DNA of 64,000 nucleotides from an uncultured bacterium (GTDB lineage Bacteria; Cyanobacteriota; Vampirovibrionia; Gastranaerophilales; Gastranaerophilaceae): NCBI GenBank assembly GCA_902791985.1, contig CADAYD010000005.1, positions 50,454 to 114,453 of the forward strand, read 5' to 3'. Shown piece by piece: positions 56,117 to 64,000 of this stretch (position 1 is its first letter; each line of letters starts with the position of its first letter). The notes under the pieces were generated by a model. It saw only the letters and a program-made list of their open reading frames with translations, ran no database searches and was not told where the DNA came from. The position numbers and the translations under genes were made by a program.

Positions 56117-58759
56117 CTATACTATTCCTTCGTATGCATCAAGGAATATTTTCTTGATTTCACTCATAAGCGGGTATCTTGGGTTAGCGCCTGTACATTG
56201 GTCATCAAAAGCTCTTTCAACCAAGATATCAAGATTAGCTTTGAATTCAGCTTCATCAACACCAAATTCTTTAATTGATTTTGGTAAGTTGATTTCTGTC
56301 ATAAGTTCATCAACTGCTTTAATCAATAATTCAACCTTTTCATCATCATTTTTACCGCCCAAGCCAAGTTCATCAGCAATTTGACCATATTTAGTCTTAG
56401 CACATGGGAATTTGTATTGCGGGAAAATAGCCTGTTTTGTAGGTCTATCAACCGCATTGAATTTGATGATTTGTCTGATTAATAATGCGTTTGCCACACC
56501 GTGAGGAATGTTATACATAGCACCAAGCTTGTGAGCCATTGAGTGGCAAAGCCCGAGGAATGCGTTAGCAAAAGACATACCTGCAATTGTTGCCGCATAA
56601 TGCATCTTTTCTCTTGCAATCGGGTCATTAGCCCCTTCTTTATATGAACGAGCCAAATACTTAAACACTAATTTGGTTGCTTCTAAAGCATTTGAATTTG
56701 TAAAGTTTGTTGCCATACAAGAAACATAAGCTTCAAGAGAGTGAACAAGTGCATCGATACCTGATGCCGCTGTTAAACCTTTTGGCATACCATCAACAAA
56801 GTTCGGGTCAACAATTGCCATATTAGGTGTTAAAGCGTAATCAGCAATGGCATATTTGTAGTGAGTTTTTTCATCCGTAATAATTGAGAATGGAGTAACC
56901 TCAGAACCGGTACCTGATGTTGTAGGAATGCACACCATCGTAGCTTTTTGACCCAAATCAGGAATTTGACAAATTCTTTTTCTGATATCCATAAATCTCA
57001 TAGAAATATCAGCAAAATTTGTATCAGGTTGTTCATACAATAACCAAATAATTTTACCCGCATCCATAGGAGAACCGCCGCCAAGCGCAATAATTACATC
57101 AGGTTCATAAGGCTTAACTATTTCCATTGCCTGTTTAACAGTTGCGATTGTAGGATCCGGTTTTACATCGAAGAATACTTGATGGTCAATTCCGATTTCA
57201 TCCAATATCTTTGTAATATTTTCAACAGCACCCGAATTGAATAAGAAGCGGTCCGTAACAATGAATGCTCTCTTTTTACCTTTTAATTCTCTAAGTGCCA
57301 AATCTGTTGCACCACGTTTGAAATATACTTTCGGAGGAACTTTGAACCATAACATGTTTTCTCTCCTTTCAGCTACAGTTTTATAATTCAATAAATGTTC
57401 TACACCAATATTCCCAGATACTGCGTTTCCGCCCCAAGAGCCACAGCCTAAAGATAGTGATGGTTCCAGCTTGAAATTGAATAAATCACCAATACCGCCT
57501 TGTGATGAAGGTGAGTTGATTAAAACTCTGCAAGATGGCATTTTTTCAGCGTATGCATTAATTCTTTCAGATTTTCTTTCATCTGTGTAAAGAACTGATG
57601 TATGGCCAGCTCCGCCTTTCAATACCAATTCATACGCCATTTCAGTTGCTTCTTCAAAAGATTTAGCCTTATACATAGTTAAAATCGGTGATAATTTTTC
57701 TCTTGAGAACGGATCATTCCAGTCAAGCTTTGCTCTTTCGCAAAGAAGAATTTTTGAATCTTCAGGGATTGAAAATCCCGCAAGTTCTGCAATCTTATGC
57801 GCAGGTTGACCTACAATTGCAGGATGAGCAGTTCCTCTGGCAGGATCGATAAACGGAAGCTCTATCATTTTCTTTTCATCTTCTTTTTTAACAAGATATG
57901 CACCGCGATAGATAAATTCTTTTTTGACTTCTTCATAAATATCTGAAACAACGATTACTGATTGCTCAGAAGCACAAATCATACCATTATCGAAAGTTTT
58001 TGACATAAGGATTGAAGATACTGCCATTCTGATATCAGCTGTTTCATCAATAACAGCAGCTGTGTTTCCGGGGCCTACGCCTAATGCAGGTTTTCCTGAT
58101 GAATAAGCAGCTTTAACCATACCTGGTCCGCCTGTTGCTAAAATGCAAGCAATATTCGGATGGTGAAGAAGTGCGTCTGATAATTCCATTGACGGAGTAT
58201 CGATCCAGCCGATAATATCTTTTGGCGCACCTGCTTCAACTGCAGCCTGAAGAACAACTTTAGCCGCTTCGATAGTAGATTTAGTTGCACGCGGGTGTGG
58301 TGAAAATACAATAGCATTTCTTGTTTTCAGAGCTATTAAAGATTTGAAAATTGCTGTTGAAGTCGGGTTTGTTGTAGGGATAATACCTGCCAAAATTCCG
58401 AGGGGTTCTGCAACAATTTTAATACCGTTTTCTTTATCAGTGCTTATAACGCCACAAGTTTTTGCATCTTTGTGTTTGTTATAAATATATTCCGATGCAA
58501 AGTGATTCTTAATAATTTTATCTTCAAGAACACCCATGCCTGTATCTTCAACAGCCATTCTTGCAAGCGGTATTCTCATTTTATCCGCAGCAGTAGCAGC
58601 GGCTTTGAATATTCTGTCAACATCTTCCTGAGAGAACTTTGAGTATTCTTCTTGTGCTTTTTTAACTCTGTCTAATAAATCGTTTAAAGCTTCTACATTA
58701 TCAACTAATCCAGTTGGTTTCGAGCTTTTCTTTTCTTCTTTTTCCAATACTTTTGGCAT
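56117..58759 (-). CDS. adhE: Bifunctional acetaldehyde-CoA / alcohol dehydrogenase
   Basis: 880 aa with an N-terminal ALDH domain (catalytic MICASEQS) and a C-terminal Fe-ADH domain (GGGSPMDAGK, HSMAHKLG). Confidence 0.95.
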   Translation of the reverse strand: MPKVLEKEEKKSSKPTGLVDNVEALNDLLDRVKKAQEEYSKFSQEDVDRIFKAAATAADKMRIPLARMAVEDTGMGVLEDKIIKNHFASEYIYNKHKDAKTCGVISTDKENGIKIVAEPLGILAGIIPTTNPTSTAIFKSLIALKTRNAIVFSPHPRATKSTIEAAKVVLQAAVEAGAPKDIIGWIDTPSMELSDALLHHPNIACILATGGPGMVKAAYSSGKPALGVGPGNTAAVIDETADIRMAVSSILMSKTFDNGMICASEQSVIVVSDIYEEVKKEFIYRGAYLVKKEDEKKMIELPFIDPARGTAHPAIVGQPAHKIAELAGFSIPEDSKILLCERAKLDWNDPFSREKLSPILTMYKAKSFEEATEMAYELVLKGGAGHTSVLYTDERKSERINAYAEKMPSCRVLINSPSSQGGIGDLFNFKLEPSLSLGCGSWGGNAVSGNIGVEHLLNYKTVAERRENMLWFKVPPKVYFKRGATDLALRELKGKKRAFIVTDRFLFNSGAVENITKILDEIGIDHQVFFDVKPDPTIATVKQAMEIVKPYEPDVIIALGGGSPMDAGKIIWLLYEQPDTNFADISMRFMDIRKRICQIPDLGQKATMVCIPTTSGTGSEVTPFSIITDEKTHYKYAIADYALTPNMAIVDPNFVDGMPKGLTAASGIDALVHSLEAYVSCMATNFTNSNALEATKLVFKYLARSYKEGANDPIAREKMHYAATIAGMSFANAFLGLCHSMAHKLGAMYNIPHGVANALLIRQIIKFNAVDRPTKQAIFPQYKFPCAKTKYGQIADELGLGGKNDDEKVELLIKAVDELMTEINLPKSIKEFGVDEAEFKANLDILVERAFDDQCTGANPRYPLMSEIKKIFLDAYEGIV

Positions 58760-59041
58760 AATATATCTCCTTTTCTAAATAGTGATTTTATTCCTTAATT
58801 AAAATTGTATTACGCAAAATTTTTACTGTCAATATTATTGAAAATAAAGTGATATTAAGATTTTATAAATAAGGATAAAGTATCACGATTAAATCAAGTA
58901 TAAGGAAATATATCACAATATTATGCTTTGTATTTTTGCTTTCCATTGATATGGAAATTGAAAAAATGTGTTGGTATGTAAAGATTCTAATGCTTTCCAT
59001 CTTATTTTAAGGTAATGTGTTTCTGCATAAAGGAGGTTTTT

Positions 59042-59275
59042 GTGGAGAATATCGGATTAAATATTACTCCAAAGGAATTTAAGCAATTGAGCAAGTGGTC
59101 GGAGAATATCTATAACACCGCTGTTGTTATTGATTATTTCGTAGCGAATCAACCGGAAATAGAGGAGTGCTACAATCTCGCGCCGGTCGTTAAACATTTG
59201 CGAAATGATGCAGATATGCTAAACGCATTCTTTATAGACCACGAAAAAGAAGTTGAAAATTTAAATGCCGTTTAA
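59042..59275 (+). CDS. Hypothetical small protein (77 aa)
   Basis: GTG 59042 is preceded by a strong RBS AAAGGAGG with a 5-nt spacer. The ORF track extends to ATG 59015, which lacks an RBS. I recognise no family. Confidence 0.45.
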   Translation: MENIGLNITPKEFKQLSKWSENIYNTAVVIDYFVANQPEIEECYNLAPVVKHLRNDADMLNAFFIDHEKEVENLNAV

Positions 59276-59335
59276 AACTATTTTTAACATCAATTAATGT
59301 TATTTAGTATGTTTTTTCTTAAAAAACCTATGGCG

Positions 59336-60476
59336 ATTCGTCGTTAGACTTAATGCTCTCAAATTGGGAGTCATTTAGGGGGAAATGTATTTTTTTGTGT
59401 CTATATATGTTCAATTATTACAAATTTCAATTACATATTTTTGAGATTTTCGATTACATTTTTTATTTTATTATTATTTTTTAAAGATATTTTAAAAAAT
59501 CACTAAAAATTTGTCATAAATGCTTCCGACTAAAGGATTTTAATACAATCCGTTGTAATTTACAGTTAGTATTGAAATTTTAAAATATGTAATTGAAATG
59601 AGGGGGAAGATACTTCCCACTAAAATAGGGGAAGTCATCTATTTTAGAAGATTTAGAGCACTTCCGGGTTAAAGTCGGAAGTAGAAAAATATGTAATTGA
59701 AATGTCCGATTCTAATCATAGGCTAAAACCCTTGAAAACACACTAATAGTCGGCATTTTGCAAGGATTTAATCCGGATGTAACATAACAGTCGGTTTGAG
59801 AAGAAAGAACAGCGGATTTGATAATTTTCAATATAAAAAGCATCGCTTTGACCTGTTATTGTTGGGTTTCACCCAACCTACATACTTTATAATTTGTCGG
59901 ACATTTTTATACAAATGTAGTTGAAAGTTCTGCCGAAACTTGCCCGATATATTTAGGTTTGAGTGGCTTCCCTGTTCATGAGAGACAAAAGTAATTTAAT
60001 GTCCGAAAAGTCCACTTTCAATCCCCGTTTTGTCCACATTCGTGCTTGTGCAATTTGCCTGTAATATAAATATAATGGCGATTTTACCTATTGATCCAAA
60101 CCGGACATTTCAATTACCTTTTTTAATTACTTCCCCTTAAAGCCGGAACTGTTTACAATCCAATAAAAACGATAACTTTCCCGATTTTAGTGGGAAACAA
60201 CTTCCCTCTCGTTTCAATTACTTTTTATAAAATTTCAATACTTTCTGTTATTTACATCAGACAAAACTAAAACCCTTAACAGGGAAGATTTTGCGAGAGA
60301 TTTTTGGGTAATTTTCAACATTTCGGTTTTAGAATAAAAAAATTAATGCTCAGGTAATCGAAAATTCAAAAAATATGTAATTGAAACCTCTTAAATTTTG
60401 GATAATTTCAGACACAAAACAATACATTTCCCCCTAAATGAGTTCCAATTTGAGAACATTCAGTCTAACATCGAAT
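59336..60476. repeat. 1.14-kb non-coding foldback element: two diverged ~390-bp inverted arms around a ~370-bp centre
   Basis: The reverse complement of 60095-60476 aligns colinearly with 59336-59720. The outer ends are ATTCGTCGTTAGACTTAATGCTCTCAAATTGGGAGTCATTTAGGGGGAAATGTATT versus ATTCGATGTTAGACTGAATGTTCTCAAATTGGAACTCATTTAGGGGGAAATGTATT. There is no ORF of 60 aa or more inside. Confidence 0.85.
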
Positions 60477-60659
60477 AGCTCAAAGGAGAATTCTATGAAA
60501 AACAGCATATTAAGTAACATTCAGACCGAAAATACTTGGATAGATGTTGAAACATTGCTTACCAAATGGGCGATATTAAAGATATTGAGGACTACAAACA
60601 AAAGATTGAAAAACAACAAAAGCTTCGCAGAAAAACGATTAAGGCTGTTCGGGAGCATT

Positions 60660-60902
60660 TTAACTTAGAGGATATGGATTATCTTGAAATCCAGCAATTT
60701 GACAGAAATATTCTATTTCATTGTAAGTAATTTTGTTTTTTACTGTATATAAGTTTCTTTTACAGCACTCTTTTTTTATATCCGTTACTTCATAAATTTT
60801 TGAAGAATTTTCTAAATCACATTTATATATGCAATGATTTTCATCAAAAAACTTTTTTAAATATCCCTGTGGAACAAAATGGTTGTTTTTAGTATGCTTC
60901 AT
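60660..60902 (-). pseudogene. Truncated N-terminal fragment of a DUF4238-family protein
   Basis: MKHTKNNHFVPQGYLKKFF...NLYTV...NEIEYF matches the DUF4238 N-terminal HxVPQxYLxxF signature. The ORF stops after about 80 aa, whereas family members are several-fold longer. Confidence 0.55.
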
Positions 60903-60959
60903 ATTTTTATTATAATAAAAACTACGAGTAATCATCAATAATGCTTAAATATTGGTAAT

Positions 60960-61106
60960 AAGTATCAGCAACTTTGAGAATGAATTATCAGAAAGTTTGA
61001 TAGTTTGTATCACTAAGTTTTGAAAGATTTCCCCGAAAACTTAAAAAGTTTGAGAATTCTCTCAAACTTCCGGGGGTACTTTTCTCAATCTCTCTGATAA
61101 TCTACA
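60960..61106 (+). repeat. 147-bp direct repeat, copy 2, followed by a partial third copy (61107-61150)
   Basis: See copy 1. The partial copy is TTGAGAATTCTCTCTAACTTCCGGGGGTAGTTTTCTCAATATAG. Confidence 0.9.
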
Positions 61107-61544
61107 TTGAGAATTCTCTCTAACTTCCGGGGGTAGTTTTCTCAATATAGTTTTTCGGACACTTTTGAAATCGGTTTTTGCTATTCTTAATCGCGGTGTT
61201 TGGCTTTGTGTTTGAGTTTTACCCGCTTCCCCAAGTCTGAGAGTCGGGCAAGTTCCCCGATTATATTTGTGTAAACAATCACTTAAAATGATAATTCTCA
61301 GACACAAAATGAGAATGTTCTCAAACTGTTAAACAAAAAGTCGGAAAAACTTCAAAAATCCATGATATAAATTTCAAAACTCTTTGATAATCTACTCTCA
61401 AACTAAATGATATTAAACTTTTAAGTTCTGTGTCTAAGTGTGTTCATTTGTTAAATGATATATAGCCGGTTGGGTAATATCTTGTTGTCGTACTTAATGA
61501 TATACTCTAAAATACCCTAAAATTAGGATTTTAAAGGAGTAAGA

Positions 61545-63734
61545 ATGGCAGAAATTATTTGGCTGAGTATGGATGAAGTTTGTAATCTAACAGGTGAAGT
61601 CAAAGAAACTGTCAGACGCAAATGCAAACGCGGTGAATATTCTTGTACTTATGATAAGAAAGGTAAATATAAAAACTATTTAATAAACCTTGATTCACTT
61701 CCGGAAGCTGCCAAAAACAGATACAACGGCATAAAAATAAATGTGCAACATTCTAAATTCTATAAGGAATCTCCGGCATGGGCAAAGAAGCAAGCTAAAA
61801 AATACGTTGAATTAATTAAAAAAACTGTAGGAATGAAGCATAAAGAAATCGTAGAGTTTTTGCAGGATTGGAACTCTAAACATCCTAATAAAAAATCAAG
61901 CTACTCTGCTTTATGTAAGGCAAAAGTTAAATATGAACAATTCGGCGAAGATGCACTTTTGTCAAAGAAAGGCTTTAAAGAAGAGGATTACCGTGTAAAA
62001 CCGGAATACTATGATTATTACAAAAATCTATATATGCAACCCACAGCACCCTCAGCTATTGATTGTTGGATGCAAACCCTTAATTATGCAAAACAAAAAG
62101 ATAAAATTAAAACTGCAAATTTCCCATGTGATAAGACTTTTGATAGATTATTAAAAAAAGAATATTCTCCTGAACAAATCAAAAGAGCAAGGCGACACCA
62201 CGAAAAGGTTATTGCAAGGGATTATTCAAATATCAAAGCGAATGAATATTGGATAATTGAAAGTTGTCAGCTCAAGTTTCAAGTAAAATATAAAAACAGC
62301 TATTATTATCCTTGGCTTACAGTTGTTAAAGATGTAAAAACTGAAAAATGGTTAGGGTGGTTTGTTTACCATAAACTTATTAAGTCTGAGCATATTCTAC
62401 AAGCTGTTTATTATGCTCTAATTAAGTATGGCAGGCCTAGTAAAATAATTATTAAAAATATCCATTTTGATTTATATATTGCCAAAACAGGTAAACTCAA
62501 GAAAGCCGATATTAGTTGCAATCAGGATAAGTTATTACCCATCCTGATTTATTCCGGAGCAAATTTAATTTTTGATGTTCCTGCAAATGTAAATAACGCC
62601 TCAATAACTTATGATTTAAGAGAGTTTGTTCCTCCAAATCTAAATGCTAATATCTTTGATTTTAAAAAGCAATTGGATGAATATGTTGAAGTAATAAATA
62701 ACAAAATCCATAGGAACCAAATATTTAAAAATAAATCGCCAGAACAATTATGGCAGGAGGGCTATATACAGCAAGATCTTCCTGATAAAAAATGTCTTAT
62801 TGATATGTGTTTACGCACTTCAAAGCCAATAAAATACCAGAAGAATGGTATTTATGATACGGTAACGAACAGGCATTATTGGGGAGATTGGTTGCCTCTT
62901 TGCACTTCAAAATCAATGTATTTGAAGTGCCAACATTATGGTTTATGTACAAGATTGTTAGATATTACAACAAATCCCTTAGTGGCATTATATTTTGCTT
63001 GTAAAATTTCAGGCCCACAAGAGTACGAAAAAGATCCTGAACAAGAATATTCCGAGGACAAAACAAGTGAACAAATGGAACCTTGGGGCATTATTTATTA
63101 TACAACAGCATATCCATATTATTCATATTCAAGAGAAGTTCAAATTGTTTCAAATTTAGCTCAATACAATTTAGAAAGAGAAAATAGTTTAAAAGATGTT
63201 TTATTAAAACTTAAAAATGAACATATCATAACAAAAGAAGATTTTGACAAATGGTCAAAAAAAGAAAATTCTAATGAGTTTATAAAAATAATTCAAACAA
63301 ATTATGCCGTCATACCGACTTCAAATAATGAAAGAACCAAAAGACAAAGTGGTGCGTTTTTGTTACCAGGAATGTTTTCAGTGATAAAAGATTCTCAAAA
63401 CGAATTTCAAATTTACAAGAGCTGTAAAAGTTTAAAAGAAGAATTTAATGAAAAATTCTTTTACGTTAATGGTGAAGATAAAGAAATAATACTAAAAGAG
63501 TTAGATATTTGTAATATTAATGAATCTACCTTATTCCCAGAATTGGAGCATCAATTGAATTATATTAAAGAATCAAATACTGGAAGCTATGAGGCGCCAT
63601 ATTTTGAAAAATATGACGAACATTTTTTGAATGAATCTAAAGTTGACATAATACAAACAGAAGATATAAATCCAAATTTTGAAAATGAACTTAGTCATCA
63701 AATCGAAAGCATCACAATTGTTACTAAATTCTAA
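61545..63734 (+). CDS. Chimeric ORF: HTH + Mu/rve-like transposase-like N-terminal ~460 aa, joined in frame to the C-terminal half of an FRG-domain protein
   Basis: N-terminal HTH-like segment (LSMDEVCNLTGEVKETVRRKCKRG). The integrase-core-like region has PWLTVVKDVKTEKWLGW and ...SPEQLWQEG. From about 62928 it carries the FRG-domain second-half signature CQHYGLCTRLLDITTNPLVALYFAC. Confidence 0.55.
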   Translation: MAEIIWLSMDEVCNLTGEVKETVRRKCKRGEYSCTYDKKGKYKNYLINLDSLPEAAKNRYNGIKINVQHSKFYKESPAWAKKQAKKYVELIKKTVGMKHKEIVEFLQDWNSKHPNKKSSYSALCKAKVKYEQFGEDALLSKKGFKEEDYRVKPEYYDYYKNLYMQPTAPSAIDCWMQTLNYAKQKDKIKTANFPCDKTFDRLLKKEYSPEQIKRARRHHEKVIARDYSNIKANEYWIIESCQLKFQVKYKNSYYYPWLTVVKDVKTEKWLGWFVYHKLIKSEHILQAVYYALIKYGRPSKIIIKNIHFDLYIAKTGKLKKADISCNQDKLLPILIYSGANLIFDVPANVNNASITYDLREFVPPNLNANIFDFKKQLDEYVEVINNKIHRNQIFKNKSPEQLWQEGYIQQDLPDKKCLIDMCLRTSKPIKYQKNGIYDTVTNRHYWGDWLPLCTSKSMYLKCQHYGLCTRLLDITTNPLVALYFACKISGPQEYEKDPEQEYSEDKTSEQMEPWGIIYYTTAYPYYSYSREVQIVSNLAQYNLERENSLKDVLLKLKNEHIITKEDFDKWSKKENSNEFIKIIQTNYAVIPTSNNERTKRQSGAFLLPGMFSVIKDSQNEFQIYKSCKSLKEEFNEKFFYVNGEDKEIILKELDICNINESTLFPELEHQLNYIKESNTGSYEAPYFEKYDEHFLNESKVDIIQTEDINPNFENELSHQIESITIVTKF

Positions 63735-63959
63735 TGGCAATTTGGATTTAGGTAGTTTCATCAATTTGTGCTCTATATTTAATTTACTTTCACGAAAAAT
63801 ACTTGATTGGATATCCCAATATTCAGTTTGTTGCCCTCTAAAAAATAATGTAAATCCATCCGCATCTTCAGAAATTTCTTTTATTTTTTCTAAATATTGC
63901 CCAACAGAGGTGATTTCAATACCATTTTCTGTATTTAATCTTGATTTGAAATTATTCAT
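63690..63959 (-). pseudogene. N-terminal half of an FRG-domain protein on the opposite strand
   Basis: MNNFKS...GFTLFFRGQQTEYWDIQSSIFRE... carries the FRG motif (codons at 63842-63831). After ...DAFDLMTK (63690) the ORF degenerates into antisense-type hydrophobic junk. Confidence 0.6.
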
Positions 63960-64000
63960 TTTGACTACCTGTATTATTTTCGCTAAACGATAATTTATCG

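Noticed and set aside
58760-59000. Rex operator upstream of adhE (and 55999-56116 upstream of rex).
   Set aside because: I looked for the TTGTGAA-n4-TTCACAA / TTGTTAA-n4-TTAACAA palindrome. I found only half-site-like pieces (TTGTGATATATTTCC on the minus strand near 58905-58920). That is not enough to call a site without a matrix scan.
59425-60386. Possible CRISPR array suggested by the recurring GTAATTGAAA-containing repeats.
   Set aside because: The repeats occur in both orientations. Their irregular spacing (about 100-420 nt) simply mirrors the inverted-arm structure. There are no uniform spacers and no cas genes in the window.
62900-63710. Inverted repeats at the two FRG/transposase junctions that would indicate an active invertase-driven switch.
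   Set aside because: Only an 8-nt shared word (TTCAAAAT) and a 3-nt AAG microhomology are visible, and these are in different reading phases. There is no convincing inverted repeat, so the inversion is reported as a rearrangement and not as a demonstrated inverton.
1-64000. Searched intergenic regions by eye for tRNA, rRNA, tmRNA and for type III secretion genes that could explain the SpvC-like domain.
   Set aside because: I found no cloverleaf-like GC-rich ~75-nt segments, no rRNA-like sequence and no T3SS components. Absence by eye is not proof, and tRNAscan/Infernal should be run.

Overview
This is an AT-rich chromosomal segment from what looks like a diderm, strictly fermentative anaerobe. 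It carries an outer-membrane autotransporter, an AsmA/TamB-like protein, PilT, ComEC, separate SecD and SecF, [FeFe]-hydrogenases, Rex and AdhE. A gut Melainabacteria-like or similar low-GC diderm is only a guess. I recognised no rRNA, tRNA or CRISPR array by eye.

Layout:
- 1-18.8 kb: housekeeping genes. These are a lytic transglycosylase, comEC, pilT, recO, dapA, secDF, a serine-biosynthesis operon and hemolysin III. Also here are an odd coiled-coil protein and a three-gene operon whose products share an N-terminal tag-like motif.
- 19.1-41.1 kb: a surface/effector-like island. It holds a 3403-aa autotransporter with chlamydial Pmp-type GGAI/FxxN repeats, a 1238-aa AsmA/TamB-like protein, an EF-hand + LysM protein, and an 1820-aa multidomain protein.
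- 41-48 kb: transport and catabolism genes (NSS symporter, GH35 beta-galactosidase, flavoprotein, acyl-ACP thioesterase, CstA).
- 49.2-58.8 kb: a minus-strand redox/fermentation block. Gene order is adhE, rex, 2Fe-2S ferredoxin, sensory HydS-type hydrogenase, PP2C phosphatase, 2Fe-2S ferredoxin, HydA-like hydrogenase, Fe-ADH.
- 59.3-64 kb: a decayed mobile/defence scrapyard. It contains a 1.14-kb foldback element, iteron-like 17-mers, a DUF4238 fragment, a degenerate Mu-like transposase, and an FRG-domain gene split across both strands.

The most interesting candidate is the 1820-aa protein. In one polypeptide it combines an SpvC/OspF-type phosphothreonine-lyase-like domain, an FHA (phosphothreonine-binding) domain, a J-like domain with HSD in place of HPD, a hydrophobic hairpin and two perfect tandem repeats.

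A 147-bp direct repeat brackets the fermentation block.

All domain calls come from motif recognition by eye. None has been confirmed by a search.
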